Assembly (NCBI GenBank): GCA_012365435.1
Contig: GCA_012365435.1_4518.1
Origin: a phage
Direction: 5' to 3' (one strand)
DNA length: 64,000 bases
Shown here: positions 19,669-29,231 of the stretch, in pieces
Position numbering within the stretch: position 1 is the first letter of the stretch
Layout of the letters: the number at the start of each line of letters is the position of its first letter
The notes under the pieces: model-generated
Seen by the model: only the letters and a program-made list of their open reading frames with translations
Database searches by the model: none
Told to the model about the DNA's origin: nothing
Position numbers and translations under genes: made by a program

Positions 19669-19895
19669 TAGTAAGTTTCCTTCCAATAAGTTGTACCGTT
19701 TTCAGTGATTTCACGGAAGATACCATAGATAGGCATTTCATCGCCAAGTTTTTCGTAAACGTAAACCACTTCGGTGTAGCATAAAAATTCGGTCCAGTTT
19801 TTCTGTACAACAACTAAATCAGGATTAAACAGAACATCTTCAAACTCATCGATGTTTGAATCAGTAGTTACGTTTTTAATGATTTGACGTTTCAT
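19668..19895 (-). CDS. Hypothetical protein (75 aa)
   Basis: Start at internal ATG preceded by AGGAG; the track start would overlap the promoter. Confidence 0.45.
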   Translation of the reverse strand: MKRQIIKNVTTDSNIDEFEDVLFNPDLVVVQKNWTEFLCYTEVVYVYEKLGDEMPIYGIFREITENGTTYWKETY

Positions 19896-19923
19896 AATAT
19901 TCTCCTCTTGTTTTGATAGGTCT

Positions 19924-19952
19924 ATAGTATCATAGACCATAGTTGTTGTACA
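19924..19952 (-). promoter_or_regulatory. Early promoter
   Basis: - strand TGTACA, 17 nt, TACTAT; -10 inside palindrome aggtctat...atagacc. Confidence 0.5.
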
Positions 19953-20477
19953 TCATTTTAGCAAAATAAAATCAACTTGTTCTGCCAATGAACGTCTAAA
20001 CATTAATTGACAACTTCCGAGGATGAAATCAGGTGCTTCATAGACCGCGATGTAGTATCCTTTAGCTTTCAAGAGTTCAACATCTACCTGGTCATCAAAC
20101 CATGCATAAACCGCATCAACACTTTCAAATCCAAAATAGAACCCTTGAGCCCAATCTTCACTCAATTCAAATGTGTGCTCAATTCTATAGTATCTTAAGA
20201 TATTTTGTTCAAGGAGTTTGTCTTCATTTACTGTAGGACGATTAGGGACATTATAGTTGTCGCCGTGATGGTAGAAGTTACCTGAGAGTATTCCATGTTT
20301 ATCAAGGAACTCCCATGTTTCTTCAGAGTTGTCGGTGCCCGACCAACCGTACGGCGAGCGAGGTTCTTTATTCCAAGAGGTTTCCCAAATTCTGACGGCT
20401 TTACCGTCTTCGATAGCAATTCCCGGTAATGATTCACGTTGAGTACAAAAACTACGTTCTACGCGGTAAACTAACAT
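19953..20477 (-). CDS. Hypothetical protein (174 aa)
   Basis: ORF track. Confidence 0.5.
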   Translation of the reverse strand: MLVYRVERSFCTQRESLPGIAIEDGKAVRIWETSWNKEPRSPYGWSGTDNSEETWEFLDKHGILSGNFYHHGDNYNVPNRPTVNEDKLLEQNILRYYRIEHTFELSEDWAQGFYFGFESVDAVYAWFDDQVDVELLKAKGYYIAVYEAPDFILGSCQLMFRRSLAEQVDFILLK

Positions 20478-20536
20478 ATTATTCTCCTCTGGTTGATATG
20501 GTTATAATATCAAAACCGGAGGAGAAGTAAACAACT

Positions 20537-20956
20537 TTATGCGAAAGCAGCTGGGCTATATTTTTTGATTTGGAATTCAGGAACTACCATGAACTGACCA
20601 GCGAAAACAATGTTATAAAGCTTAACACCATCTTCTACCCAACGGTCGCTAATAAATCCGGCGATTTGCTTAGTTTTCCATGGCGTTCCATCAGTTGCCG
20701 CAGCAATAGTGAATTCATGGTCTTTTTCAACAGAAACTGATCTGCATAGTCCCCATTTGAACGCTTTTTCTTCTGGTTCAATGAATTGACTTTTAACGTA
20801 ACCAATGTTACCATCGGCGTCACGAACTTTAACTTCGTTACGTCCAAAAACTGGATCACTCACAGAAAGAACTTCAACCAACTTCCCGGCAACTTTAGAG
20901 CGAGAAGCAACAGATACATATACGTAATCACCTGTAGAGAGATTTACAATATTCAT
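20537..20956 (-). CDS. Hypothetical protein, paralogue family member A
   Basis: 139 aa; shares SRSKxAG.LVEV and GFISD.WVEDG.KLYNIVF motifs with the next two ORFs. Confidence 0.55.
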   Translation of the reverse strand: MNIVNLSTGDYVYVSVASRSKVAGKLVEVLSVSDPVFGRNEVKVRDADGNIGYVKSQFIEPEEKAFKWGLCRSVSVEKDHEFTIAAATDGTPWKTKQIAGFISDRWVEDGVKLYNIVFAGQFMVVPEFQIKKYSPAAFA

Positions 20957-20965
20957 AATAATTCC

Positions 20966-21421
20966 TTAAGCTTTACGAGGAGACACATAGCGAGTGATTT
21001 CAGATTCTTTAACAACTCGGAAGTCACCTAAGAATACGATATTGTATAACTTTTCACCATCTTCAACCCATTGGTCACTAATGAAGCCGCACATAGTATC
21101 AGTTTTGCTTGGATAACCGTATTCATCGATGAAGTCAAATTCTTTATCAGTCTGGAATTCAACACCTTTACACAAGGCCCATTTGAACTGTACATTAGGT
21201 TCAGTAGAAGCAAAATGAGCACTCACATGAGTTTCCAAGAATTTAGGACTTACGTAAGCGTACTGAGTTTCAGTTTTTCCGGAACTAGGAATGATTCGAA
21301 CTTTAACTTCTTTAACACGTCCAGTACCATTAGTACGAAGTCCGACAACTTCAACCAGACGACCTGCAGCTTTAGAACGAGATGCAGATGATACACGCTT
21401 AATTTCACCAATAGTAATCAT
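20966..21421 (-). CDS. Hypothetical protein, paralogue family member B
   Basis: 151 aa; same motifs as member A. Confidence 0.55.
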   Translation of the reverse strand: MITIGEIKRVSSASRSKAAGRLVEVVGLRTNGTGRVKEVKVRIIPSSGKTETQYAYVSPKFLETHVSAHFASTEPNVQFKWALCKGVEFQTDKEFDFIDEYGYPSKTDTMCGFISDQWVEDGEKLYNIVFLGDFRVVKESEITRYVSPRKA

Positions 21422-21485
21422 AATTTCTCTCTCTCTTTGTTTAAGTTGAATTCATTATACTCCATCCGTCCTTGGATGTACAACA

Positions 21486-21980
21486 TTAATTAAGGATATT
21501 AACCACAGCACTACGTGGAACTACACTAAAATCACCTGCATGAACAACGTTCAGAAGTTCAACACCGTCTTCAATCCATTGGTCAGTTACCCATCCATTT
21601 ACTGGACCAGCGAATGGGCGTCGAATTGAAACATATTTACACAACAAATCAGTAGGCTCAATAGGCTTAATCAGAGTACCGTACATACAAGTGATATCCA
21701 TATCAATACAGATATCTTTAACGGGTTCTACTTCTTCAATCAACAGTTCAAAGTCGGTGCTTGGAAGGGCGGTAGTAGAAATTGTACCATATGAATTTTT
21801 AATTTCTAAGAATAACCAAGGGCCTTCAACTTGTTTGATGAAGTTAACAATAGTGAAACTATTACCTTGAGTGGCACCTAAAATTTCACAAAACTTTTCA
21901 TAAGCTCGCACTGAAGCACCGTACCAGTTGATTTGTTTTTCATCTTTCAGGATGTAAGTAGCCGTGGTATTGATATTCAT
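21486..21980 (-). CDS. Hypothetical protein, paralogue family member C (divergent)
   Basis: C-terminal GWVTDQWIEDGVELLNVV.AGDF.VVP related to members A/B; start moved to ATG at 21978-21980 (track start is TTG). Confidence 0.5.
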   Translation of the reverse strand: MNINTTATYILKDEKQINWYGASVRAYEKFCEILGATQGNSFTIVNFIKQVEGPWLFLEIKNSYGTISTTALPSTDFELLIEEVEPVKDICIDMDITCMYGTLIKPIEPTDLLCKYVSIRRPFAGPVNGWVTDQWIEDGVELLNVVHAGDFSVVPRSAVVNILN

Positions 21981-22045
21981 AATGTTTTCCCGTTTGGTTA
22001 AGATAGAAAGATTATACTCCAACCATCCTTGGTTGTAAACTGTTT

Positions 22046-22723
22046 TTATCGCTGTTTTACACTTAACGGGTCAGGATTCTCAGGGACATCTTCAAGGCCA
22101 AGCGCGTACCGCTGAGCATATTTTAACATCAAAATATCTTTAGCACAATCATGAATACTATCATGGGCAACGAATCCTTTTAGCGTACCCATCGGTAATG
22201 GACACATACTTAATCCTCGTGTCAACGAGTAAGCTTCGATTGCCGTACGAATATCGCGTTGAGCCCAGAATTTAACCGGTTCTAATTTATCGGTATCAAT
22301 ATCTGGTTCAAGAACACCTTCATCACGATAGAGATCACGAATCAAATCGACCAAGATCGGGAAGTCAAAGCTCATACCACGGCACCACATCTGTGATTTC
22401 CATTGGTCAACTTTATTAGCTCGGCAATAATCTAAAAAGATTTTAATGCCTTCAAGCGTAGTGACATCGTCTTCAGACGGGGCCAAGTTTTTACGTGCTT
22501 CTGCTGACTGTTCTTTCCACCATTTCATAGTGGATTTAGCAAAAACTCGCTTCCCTTTCTGAGAAGCTAAATTAAATTTAATTCGCTTACCTCGTTGAAC
22601 AAGTTCTTCAAATGATTCAACAACTTCAGGGTCGGAATTATATGCAATAACCGCAAGGTCAATAACAGCCGCTTTTGATGTATTGCCGAATGTTTCAAAA
22701 TCTATAATAACATCAGTGCTCAT
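22046..22723 (-). CDS. dexA: Exonuclease A DexA (DEDDh 3'-5' exonuclease)
   Basis: 225 aa; N-terminal DFETFG exo motif; length and position match T4 dexA. Confidence 0.75.
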   Translation of the reverse strand: MSTDVIIDFETFGNTSKAAVIDLAVIAYNSDPEVVESFEELVQRGKRIKFNLASQKGKRVFAKSTMKWWKEQSAEARKNLAPSEDDVTTLEGIKIFLDYCRANKVDQWKSQMWCRGMSFDFPILVDLIRDLYRDEGVLEPDIDTDKLEPVKFWAQRDIRTAIEAYSLTRGLSMCPLPMGTLKGFVAHDSIHDCAKDILMLKYAQRYALGLEDVPENPDPLSVKQR

Positions 22724-22732
22724 AATTTTCTC

Positions 22733-24046
22733 TCAAATAAAATGGACGTCAAAACGACCACGAGTTGTGCCGACATACAATAACTGTTTAGCTAATTCTG
22801 AATCAGCATAATGGATACACGGTGTATAAACAAAAGCCGTGTCAACAGACATACCCTGGGCCTTATGGAAGGTTGATACTGGTAGTGCCTTCACCTTAGT
22901 GAACATACGTTTAGCATCCCAGAATTCGCTCCATGGAGCTTTACCACCTTTATTCCAGAATTTGTATGTTTCTGCAGTCTTAGCCAAAAACAAATTGAAT
23001 TTATAAAGCTCTTCTTCAGAAGAAATAACCTTTATATCCTCGCGGACGTATTCTTCATCATCGCCATATGTTTCTACTGTAAGATTCCAGTATCGTATCA
23101 TATATTCGCCTGAAACACCACGTGCTTTAACGAATGTAGACGTTTCTACAGCGTCTCGAATACGAACGAACTGCCCGTTATTGAAAAGCATTTCGGTCAT
23201 ATTTTTGCCATCTAGCTTATATGTCTTGGTAAACGGCTCTTGTAGAACAATGACTTCGTCTTTAATAAATGGTTTTTCTGTTTCAAGAAGTTTTCGGCGA
23301 ATAATTGAATTCAACTTATCTACTGACTTATTTGTGAATGCCATCATTCGATTTTCGAAAAGGTCTTCAGGAGTTTTAACGACATTAAAATAGTTCATCA
23401 TATACGATTTAAGGTCTGTATATCCATGAACACCATGCCCATCAACTACTTTATCATAAATCCATTTGCCATTACGAATATCAGTCGCAACATCAATAAT
23501 TGGTGCATTGCTACGTTTAACTTCTGTAAGGTTGCATTGCACGAAGTCTTTGTGAGTGAAGAAAGGACTTAGATACGCAGTTGATTCGCCTGGGTCTACC
23601 GGTCGAATCTGACATCGGTCACCAATTCCAATTACTGTGCACCATTTAGGGATACTATCTAACATTATTTTAAACAGAGAACGGTCACACATTGACGCTT
23701 CATCAAATAATAGTACACGACACAAGGCTAAGTCGGGGACCTTTTTCTGTTCAAACAATACATTTTCTTCGTATGTAGTTGGGTTGATTTTAAGAATGCT
23801 ATGAATAGTCGATGCTTCTTGACCTGCAAGTTTGCTTAGAACCTTTTTAGCAGCATGTGTAGGGGCTGCTAAAATAATACCTGATTCTCCAGAAGAAATA
23901 AGAGCTTCAACAATAAATCTAGTAAGGGTTGTTTTACCTGTACCAGCAGGCCCATTAATAGTTACGTGATGTTTCTTTTCTTTAATAGCTTTCATAACAA
24001 CGTTGAAGGCGTTTTTCTGGCCTTCAGTCAAATCATCAAATGTCAT
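22733..24046 (-). CDS. dda: DNA helicase Dda (SF1)
   Basis: 437 aa; Walker A GPAGTGKTT; matches T4 Dda length and position. Confidence 0.85.
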   Translation of the reverse strand: MTFDDLTEGQKNAFNVVMKAIKEKKHHVTINGPAGTGKTTLTRFIVEALISSGESGIILAAPTHAAKKVLSKLAGQEASTIHSILKINPTTYEENVLFEQKKVPDLALCRVLLFDEASMCDRSLFKIMLDSIPKWCTVIGIGDRCQIRPVDPGESTAYLSPFFTHKDFVQCNLTEVKRSNAPIIDVATDIRNGKWIYDKVVDGHGVHGYTDLKSYMMNYFNVVKTPEDLFENRMMAFTNKSVDKLNSIIRRKLLETEKPFIKDEVIVLQEPFTKTYKLDGKNMTEMLFNNGQFVRIRDAVETSTFVKARGVSGEYMIRYWNLTVETYGDDEEYVREDIKVISSEEELYKFNLFLAKTAETYKFWNKGGKAPWSEFWDAKRMFTKVKALPVSTFHKAQGMSVDTAFVYTPCIHYADSELAKQLLYVGTTRGRFDVHFI

Positions 24047-24354
24047 CGTAAAGTCCCTGCAATTGGAATACTAACAATACGGCCTGTGTCCAGGATTCGT
24101 TGATATAATCTTTGCGTCTCCGCATCTAGTTTAACGTGTTTCATTTCAAGCTTATTAAACCAGAACTTACGCGGAGTTTCGACCATTCTTAGAACTCCCA
24201 TTTTTAAATCTGTTTTATACTGTGTTTTCAAAGTATCAAAAACTTTATCTGCAATATCCTTTCTAAAAAATACTGCAGGACGATGCTCATCAAGTGGAAC
24301 CGGGACAGTAAATCCTTCCATATCTCGATAAACTATTGCATATACATAAACCAT
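24043..24354 (-). CDS. Hypothetical protein dda.1-position (103 aa)
   Basis: ORF track; 4-nt overlap with dda. Confidence 0.5.
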   Translation of the reverse strand: MVYVYAIVYRDMEGFTVPVPLDEHRPAVFFRKDIADKVFDTLKTQYKTDLKMGVLRMVETPRKFWFNKLEMKHVKLDAETQRLYQRILDTGRIVSIPIAGTLR

Positions 24355-24356
24355 AA

Positions 24357-25103
24357 TTAACCTTTAATCAGTTGGAATAATGATGCGCTAAGTGGTAGGC
24401 CACGTTTCAATTTTAATTTACCAATGAAACCAATCTTTTCAAAACGTTGCAGACCTTGGATAACTTTATCATATGTATCGAAAAGCGATTCAGCGTCAGT
24501 TAATTTAGTTTTAGTTTTCCAGTCAGAGCCTTTAAGAAGAACGTTGAGTTTAGTAAGTTCATGGCCTTCTGCTTGATGTGAGCCATTAATGCGTGCTTTC
24601 AAAGCAACAATTCTAAGTTTAGATTCGTTAGATAAAGGTTGATTTTTCATCATGTTCGCCATATGCTTAACACGATTTTCACGTTTTGCTCGGATTTTTA
24701 AAATAGTATCATAAACCTTTTTAATTTGGGCCCATTTCTTCTCGTCGAGATTAAGTTTCTCTACTTTACGGGCAGAAGGATTAGCAATACGTCTTGCAAC
24801 AGTGTCACGTTTCTCAATAAGTTCTTCTAGTGTTAAATCAGAACGAGCCGTGTTATATTTTTTCTTAACTGGGATAACATTACCTTTAATGTAGCCTATA
24901 TCGTTATTAAAACGTTCTAAGGATAATTTCTCACCTTCAACAGAGTTATTAAAAGATTCACCTGAGTAAGCGCAGACCTTTTGATCAAGAATGTTTTTAA
25001 GGTAATTAAAGTCTAAGTTAAAATCCTTAGAGCGTCTCTTCGCAGAAGCTCTGGTGTGGTCAAGACGACGATTGATTTTGTTAATTTTATTATTTGATAA
25101 CAT
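24357..25103 (-). CDS. srd: Srd-like protein (sigma decoy region homologue)
   Basis: 248 aa basic protein at T4 srd position. Confidence 0.5.
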   Translation of the reverse strand: MLSNNKINKINRRLDHTRASAKRRSKDFNLDFNYLKNILDQKVCAYSGESFNNSVEGEKLSLERFNNDIGYIKGNVIPVKKKYNTARSDLTLEELIEKRDTVARRIANPSARKVEKLNLDEKKWAQIKKVYDTILKIRAKRENRVKHMANMMKNQPLSNESKLRIVALKARINGSHQAEGHELTKLNVLLKGSDWKTKTKLTDAESLFDTYDKVIQGLQRFEKIGFIGKLKLKRGLPLSASLFQLIKG

Positions 25104-25256
25104 AATATTTTCCTCTGTCTTACGGACGTTAAGGTCATTTAGCTGATAAGCTTATAATATCATGCCCTCAGGTAGTGTACACTCTTTTTTCATAAAATGC
25201 TTTAATTTTTTATGTGTTATAATGGTTCTGAGTTCCATCCGGTTATTCTAATTCAG

Positions 25257-25865
25257 TCAGTAACTGACAATAGACAGATTCCAGATTGTATAACGTCCAT
25301 CTTGAATAATAGAATCTACACGCAGTGTAGTCCCTATAGGGAGCATAAATTCACATTCGTCAGATATAAGTCTAGCATTAGACCGTCTTGTCGCTTCAGG
25401 GAAAGCTCCATTGAACTCGCAAGATGGCGCAGCCAGAATCATATTAAGCATATGTTCACGGAAGTTGAAAGCAAATGGTGCATCTTTGATGCAGAACATA
25501 TTAAATGTTCCGTAAAAATTATACGAAGCAAAGTTACGTGCTACACCGAACACTGGGCTGAAGCTCATTACTCTGTCAAATTTAATAATACTACCAATGC
25601 CTTTATCATCAAGTGTGGCCATAGTTTTCTTAGAGATTCCACGATACATTGTCTCAGGAACAGAAGACGTCCAATTTCTACGAACGATTGAACTTAACTC
25701 CTGTTGGATGCTATCTGGCTTGTTTTCCATACACTGCCACAGTACACTTTGTTCAATGTCGCTGAATTGACTATCAATTTCGTACTGCAATACATCTTGA
25801 TATTCGGGGTTTTGAGCACGACGAACCATTTCTTCAATTTCACACTCGTTATACGGCATAAACAT
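25257..25865 (-). CDS. modA: ADP-ribosyltransferase ModA
   Basis: 202 aa; blocks SVLWQCMEN, MYRGISKKT as in T4 ModA (R-S-E type ART). Confidence 0.7.
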   Translation of the reverse strand: MFMPYNECEIEEMVRRAQNPEYQDVLQYEIDSQFSDIEQSVLWQCMENKPDSIQQELSSIVRRNWTSSVPETMYRGISKKTMATLDDKGIGSIIKFDRVMSFSPVFGVARNFASYNFYGTFNMFCIKDAPFAFNFREHMLNMILAAPSCEFNGAFPEATRRSNARLISDECEFMLPIGTTLRVDSIIQDGRYTIWNLSIVSY

Positions 25866-25922
25866 TTAGGTTTCTCCTGTGGTTGATAAAAGTATAATAT
25901 CATCATCGGAAGAGTTTGTACA

Positions 25923-26504
25923 CTAAAAATTCAACATTTTCAAATGAATGATTTTGTATAACCGAGATAAAGGGTCATATTCTAAGTCTTCAATTTCCAC
26001 AATCTCAAATCTAGAGATACCTGAGACCATGTATTCTTGTTCAGATTCAATCATATCTAGGACGTCAACACGCGTTTCTTCCATAACATGCTTAGGATTC
26101 TTTCCAGCGAGTATAATGTTAACCATGTTTTGGTAGTAATCAAAAATGAATGGAGCATTTCGAAGACTAAGAATAGTGTACGTTTGATATTCCCATCTCC
26201 CAGAGAATTGACGAGCTGTACTGAAATCAGTTGTGAATGATGTCACGCGTCCAGGAGACCAATGGCATCCAACAGAAAGAAGGGAAAGACGTTCTACTTC
26301 TTCTGGAGTTACACCACGGTAGAGTTCTACTGGTACTGTAGAAGTCATATGCTTACGGACAAGATGGTCTAATTCATAGTGGAAATCTGGGTCTTCCTTA
26401 GAATCAGTGCAAGCCCAGAGAATGTTTTGTTCTTGGCGGGTGAATTTGCTATCAATCAGATTTGTTAGGTATTCGCGTTCTTGAAGTTCAGATTGACATG
26501 TCAT
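25923..26504 (-). CDS. modB: ADP-ribosyltransferase ModB
   Basis: 193 aa paralogue of ModA (NILWACTDSK, LYRGVT); position after modA. Confidence 0.65.
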   Translation of the reverse strand: MTCQSELQEREYLTNLIDSKFTRQEQNILWACTDSKEDPDFHYELDHLVRKHMTSTVPVELYRGVTPEEVERLSLLSVGCHWSPGRVTSFTTDFSTARQFSGRWEYQTYTILSLRNAPFIFDYYQNMVNIILAGKNPKHVMEETRVDVLDMIESEQEYMVSGISRFEIVEIEDLEYDPLSRLYKIIHLKMLNF

Positions 26505-26531
26505 GATAGACCTCCATTTAAAGATAAGCCT

Positions 26532-26559
26532 ATCATAACACGAGAGGAGGGAATGTAAA
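26532..26559 (-). promoter_or_regulatory. Putative early promoter upstream of modB
   Basis: - strand TTTACA, 16 nt, TATGAT. Confidence 0.4.
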
Positions 26560-26724
26560 CTACTTTTTAAGCTTTCCTACTAAAGGACCATCAGGACCGG
26601 GTTGTTCTAACATGAATAAGGATGCTTTAAAAAGCAATGTCAACCCTTTCACCATTCGGTACCATGTCTCAAAGTCTTTTTCCTTGATTTCTAGTAAGAA
26701 TTTCTCTTTAAATTTCTCTTTCAT
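26560..26724 (-). CDS. Small hypothetical protein (54 aa)
   Basis: Not in ORF track; ATGA start/stop overlap with upstream ORF suggests translational coupling. Confidence 0.35.
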   Translation of the reverse strand: MKEKFKEKFLLEIKEKDFETWYRMVKGLTLLFKASLFMLEQPGPDGPLVGKLKK

Positions 26725-26909
26725 TTCCAAGGACTCCATGGTGGAGGGTCGTCATAATAAGATGCAAGGTCTTTCAGGGCTTCAACAGGTAAACTAAAGC
26801 CGTGTCGTTGTATAATACTATCTAGTTCATCAACAAGTTCACTACGATGCACTTTAGGAGCCTCAACTTCAGGCTCGTCAAACATACTCATAAGGTCCAT
26901 ATTATTCAC
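26721..26909 (-). CDS. Hypothetical protein (62 aa)
   Basis: ORF track. Confidence 0.45.
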   Translation of the reverse strand: MNNMDLMSMFDEPEVEAPKVHRSELVDELDSIIQRHGFSLPVEALKDLASYYDDPPPWSPWK

Positions 26910-27366
26910 CGAGATAAAAACTAACAGGTTCAGAGAATGTTTCTAGCGCTACACCTTTTGTCTTAAAAAATTTCCAAATAGCTCGTTGCAAATGGGTTAA
27001 ATCTGCTAATGATGTAATAAAGTATTTTTTGGCAAAATACGTATGGTCTCGCTTTTCAAACAGGTCTAAACGCTTTTCAGGATTCACATAAACAGCATTT
27101 TCCGTGGATTCATAACCTAAGTCCTTTATGCCTTCTTCAAGACTAAACGGAGAATTTTTAGAACGAGTAATAGCTCCAACTCGCTCTACACGAATTTTGT
27201 AACCTTTAGGAATCTGCAATTTGCAGAATTCTTCTACGATATATTGCGGATTATTTAGACTTTTGTTAATGAGAATAGCTATTTCTAGTGGAGTCTTATC
27301 TTCCACTGGTATATGTTTAAATGACTTGGCTTCAAGCAAATACATTTTAAATAGCATAGCATCCAT
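26902..27366 (-). CDS. Hypothetical protein (154 aa), mrh region
   Basis: ORF track; position corresponds to T4 mrh. Confidence 0.5.
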   Translation of the reverse strand: MDAMLFKMYLLEAKSFKHIPVEDKTPLEIAILINKSLNNPQYIVEEFCKLQIPKGYKIRVERVGAITRSKNSPFSLEEGIKDLGYESTENAVYVNPEKRLDLFEKRDHTYFAKKYFITSLADLTHLQRAIWKFFKTKGVALETFSEPVSFYLGE

Positions 27367-27572
27367 TATAATTTCCTCGATGGTTCACCCATATAAAGTT
27401 TTACAATACGTTCGCCTTCATCTTCGACGAGCTTTTCTTCATGTTTCTGGAATTCTTTAGCCATATTCTCTTCGAGAACATCCAGCCAATCTTCTGGACC
27501 GACACCATCGTCCCAGCTTTTAAACCATTTAACTATCTTGTTCATTCGCAGCTCCCTGAGCTTGAACCACAA
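27366..27572 (-). CDS. Hypothetical protein (68 aa)
   Basis: ORF track; start/stop overlap with neighbour. Confidence 0.45.
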   Translation of the reverse strand: MWFKLRELRMNKIVKWFKSWDDGVGPEDWLDVLEENMAKEFQKHEEKLVEDEGERIVKLYMGEPSRKL

Positions 27573-27742
27573 TCAGAATAACTTGACCCAGAATCACCAG
27601 GCCAAGACGATACGTATGAATGATTATAACTTGAAGAGCTTGAAGCATTAACCTGTTTTGTTTTTGGACGAATAACTTCTTCCATCATTCCGTCACCAAT
27701 ATATTCCCAACTTTTTTCATGTGTATCAGGAATAGGCATCAT
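27542..27742 (-). CDS. Hypothetical protein with Ser-rich C-terminus (start uncertain)
   Basis: Track ORF 27542-27865 overlaps upstream gene; internal ATG at 27740-27742 has GAAGG RBS. Confidence 0.3.
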   Translation of the reverse strand: MMPIPDTHEKSWEYIGDGMMEEVIRPKTKQVNASSSSSYNHSYVSSWPGDSGSSYSDCGSSSGSCE

Positions 27743-27755
27743 ACCTTCGCCTGGT

Positions 27756-27983
27756 TTAACAGCAAAAAACTTCTTCAGCATCGTAAGCATTAATTGTTCC
27801 TCGAACAAAACGAACACCACCATCATCCCAACGGATTTCGGCATTAAATTTGACGTCTTCACCATCCATCATGAATGAGTGTACGACTACATCATCGTAA
27901 TATCCAAGACCGTATTTCAACGAAACTTCTTGAGCAATCAAAGCACCTAATGTGTTATTAGGTTTAATCCAACGATTTAACAT
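27756..27983 (-). CDS. Hypothetical protein (75 aa)
   Basis: Start at internal ATG with AGGAGA RBS. Confidence 0.5.
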   Translation of the reverse strand: MLNRWIKPNNTLGALIAQEVSLKYGLGYYDDVVVHSFMMDGEDVKFNAEIRWDDGGVRFVRGTINAYDAEEVFCC

Positions 27984-28011
27984 ATTGTTCTCCTCTTGAG
28001 TAAGTAAGAAT

Positions 28012-28040
28012 ATCTTAACACAGTTTTTAGTGGTTGTAAA
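28012..28040 (-). promoter_or_regulatory. Putative early promoter
   Basis: - strand GTTTACA, 17 nt, TAAGAT (weak -10). Confidence 0.4.
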
Positions 28041-28044
28041 CTGT

Positions 28045-28076
28045 AGAAACAAAAAAGGAATCCCGAAGGATTCCTT
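28045..28076 (-). terminator. Rho-independent terminator after soc, C(UUCG)G hairpin plus U-run
   Basis: aaggaatcc-cgaa-ggattcctt, UUCG loop in - transcript, followed by UUUUUUGUUUC. Confidence 0.6.
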
Positions 28077-28083
28077 AAATTAT

Positions 28084-28320
28084 TTAACCACTTACTGGTG
28101 TAGGGGTAAACATTGCAGCGTTCTTAGTTTTCCAGTCAGCTGCATCAGAAACTACAGTAGAATAAGCTGCCTTTTCTGATGGAAAGATTTGGTAATGAGA
28201 ATCTGCAATCCGATGTTCGTTTGAATAAATCTCAAACGGCACAGAAACTTCCATACCTTTAACTTCTTTACCTTCACCAGCAGGATGCGTAAAGGTTTTG
28301 ATGTTTACATAACCACCCAT
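28084..28320 (-). CDS. soc: Small outer capsid protein Soc
   Basis: 78 aa; blocks GYVNIKTF, HYQ.FPSEKAAYSTV as in T4 Soc. Confidence 0.75.
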   Translation of the reverse strand: MGGYVNIKTFTHPAGEGKEVKGMEVSVPFEIYSNEHRIADSHYQIFPSEKAAYSTVVSDAADWKTKNAAMFTPTPVSG

Positions 28321-28322
28321 AA

Positions 28323-28547
28323 TTAACTCCTTTGTTGTTTAATTACAGGTGTATTTATAATGAATTTCTTCGGGACAATAAAATATCCGAATTTAGCTAA
28401 TATAACAACACCACCGTTAATTATTACCGGAGAATAATCATCTGGAGTATTAAATTTCCAGTGGAGTCTAGTATTATATCCATCAGAGCCGAATGCTTTA
28501 TTAGCCGGTCTCCCGGCTTTTTGCCATGCATAAAAATCAAGTTTCAT
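28323..28547 (-). CDS. Hypothetical protein (74 aa from internal ATG; track ORF extends to 28661)
   Basis: ORF track; overlaps next ORF in +1 frame. Confidence 0.35.
   Translation of the reverse strand: MKLDFYAWQKAGRPANKAFGSDGYNTRLHWKFNTPDDYSPVIINGGVVILAKFGYFIVPKKFIINTPVIKQQRS
28354..28361 (-). promoter_or_regulatory. T4-type late promoter (TATAAATA) for soc
   Basis: tatttata on + strand = TATAAATA on - strand, about 35 nt upstream of soc ATG. Confidence 0.55.
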
Positions 28548-28710
28548 TTGCAACCCAATCAACCATATGTAGATGGTCTGATAATTGACTAACATGCTGA
28601 AGCTGATTAGACAGGAGTTTACAAATAAGCTCACTGTTATCATTTTTAAATAGTTGGTCAATACGTTTCTTATGAGCTTTCTTAAGCTGACGTTTATTTA
28701 AACGAGCCAT
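28537..28710 (-). CDS. Small basic hypothetical protein (57 aa)
   Basis: Not in ORF track; ATG overlaps gene 56 stop (TAATG). Confidence 0.35.
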   Translation of the reverse strand: MARLNKRQLKKAHKKRIDQLFKNDNSELICKLLSNQLQHVSQLSDHLHMVDWVANET

Positions 28711-29231
28711 TAATAACCTCGGTCTTGACGAGCAAAGTTTTCAGCATTCTTCAGATAATACAGTTTAAAGATTTCTTCAGCCGAAAGACCTATACCTTGG
28801 AACATATTCAGAACGAAATGGAGAATATCAATCATTTCAAACTTAATTTCCAGTTGGTCTTCAGGAGTCAGTTCATCGATACGACGATTTCGATATTCAG
28901 CATGTTGTGCTTTCCAAGGTTTCCATACAGCAGATGCATCTTTTTCACCATTGCTCATACCACCAAGTGAAGTCAGCAGTTCACGGAATTCATCATCAAT
29001 ATAATCTTTCTGATTACGCAGCCAATCAACAACATCACCGGCAGTAGCCAATTCATCAGGATGTTTGTTATGTTCAGGCTTGTCATTAGCCAGACGAACC
29101 TGTAAAGATTTCTGCATATCAAGCATTACCTGCAGTGGGTCTTTATCTTCGTGAATCAGAGCATTAAAATAAGCTTCTTCTGCTTTATCAACACCAGAAA
29201 TAAGTTGTGAACATTCATTAAAGTGCGCCAT
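28710..29231 (-). CDS. 56: dCTP pyrophosphatase gp56 (MazG-like)
   Basis: Matches T4 gp56 as recalled; start set to ATG (MAHFNEC) with AAGGA RBS; track start upstream is TTG. Confidence 0.75.
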   Translation of the reverse strand: MAHFNECSQLISGVDKAEEAYFNALIHEDKDPLQVMLDMQKSLQVRLANDKPEHNKHPDELATAGDVVDWLRNQKDYIDDEFRELLTSLGGMSNGEKDASAVWKPWKAQHAEYRNRRIDELTPEDQLEIKFEMIDILHFVLNMFQGIGLSAEEIFKLYYLKNAENFARQDRGY

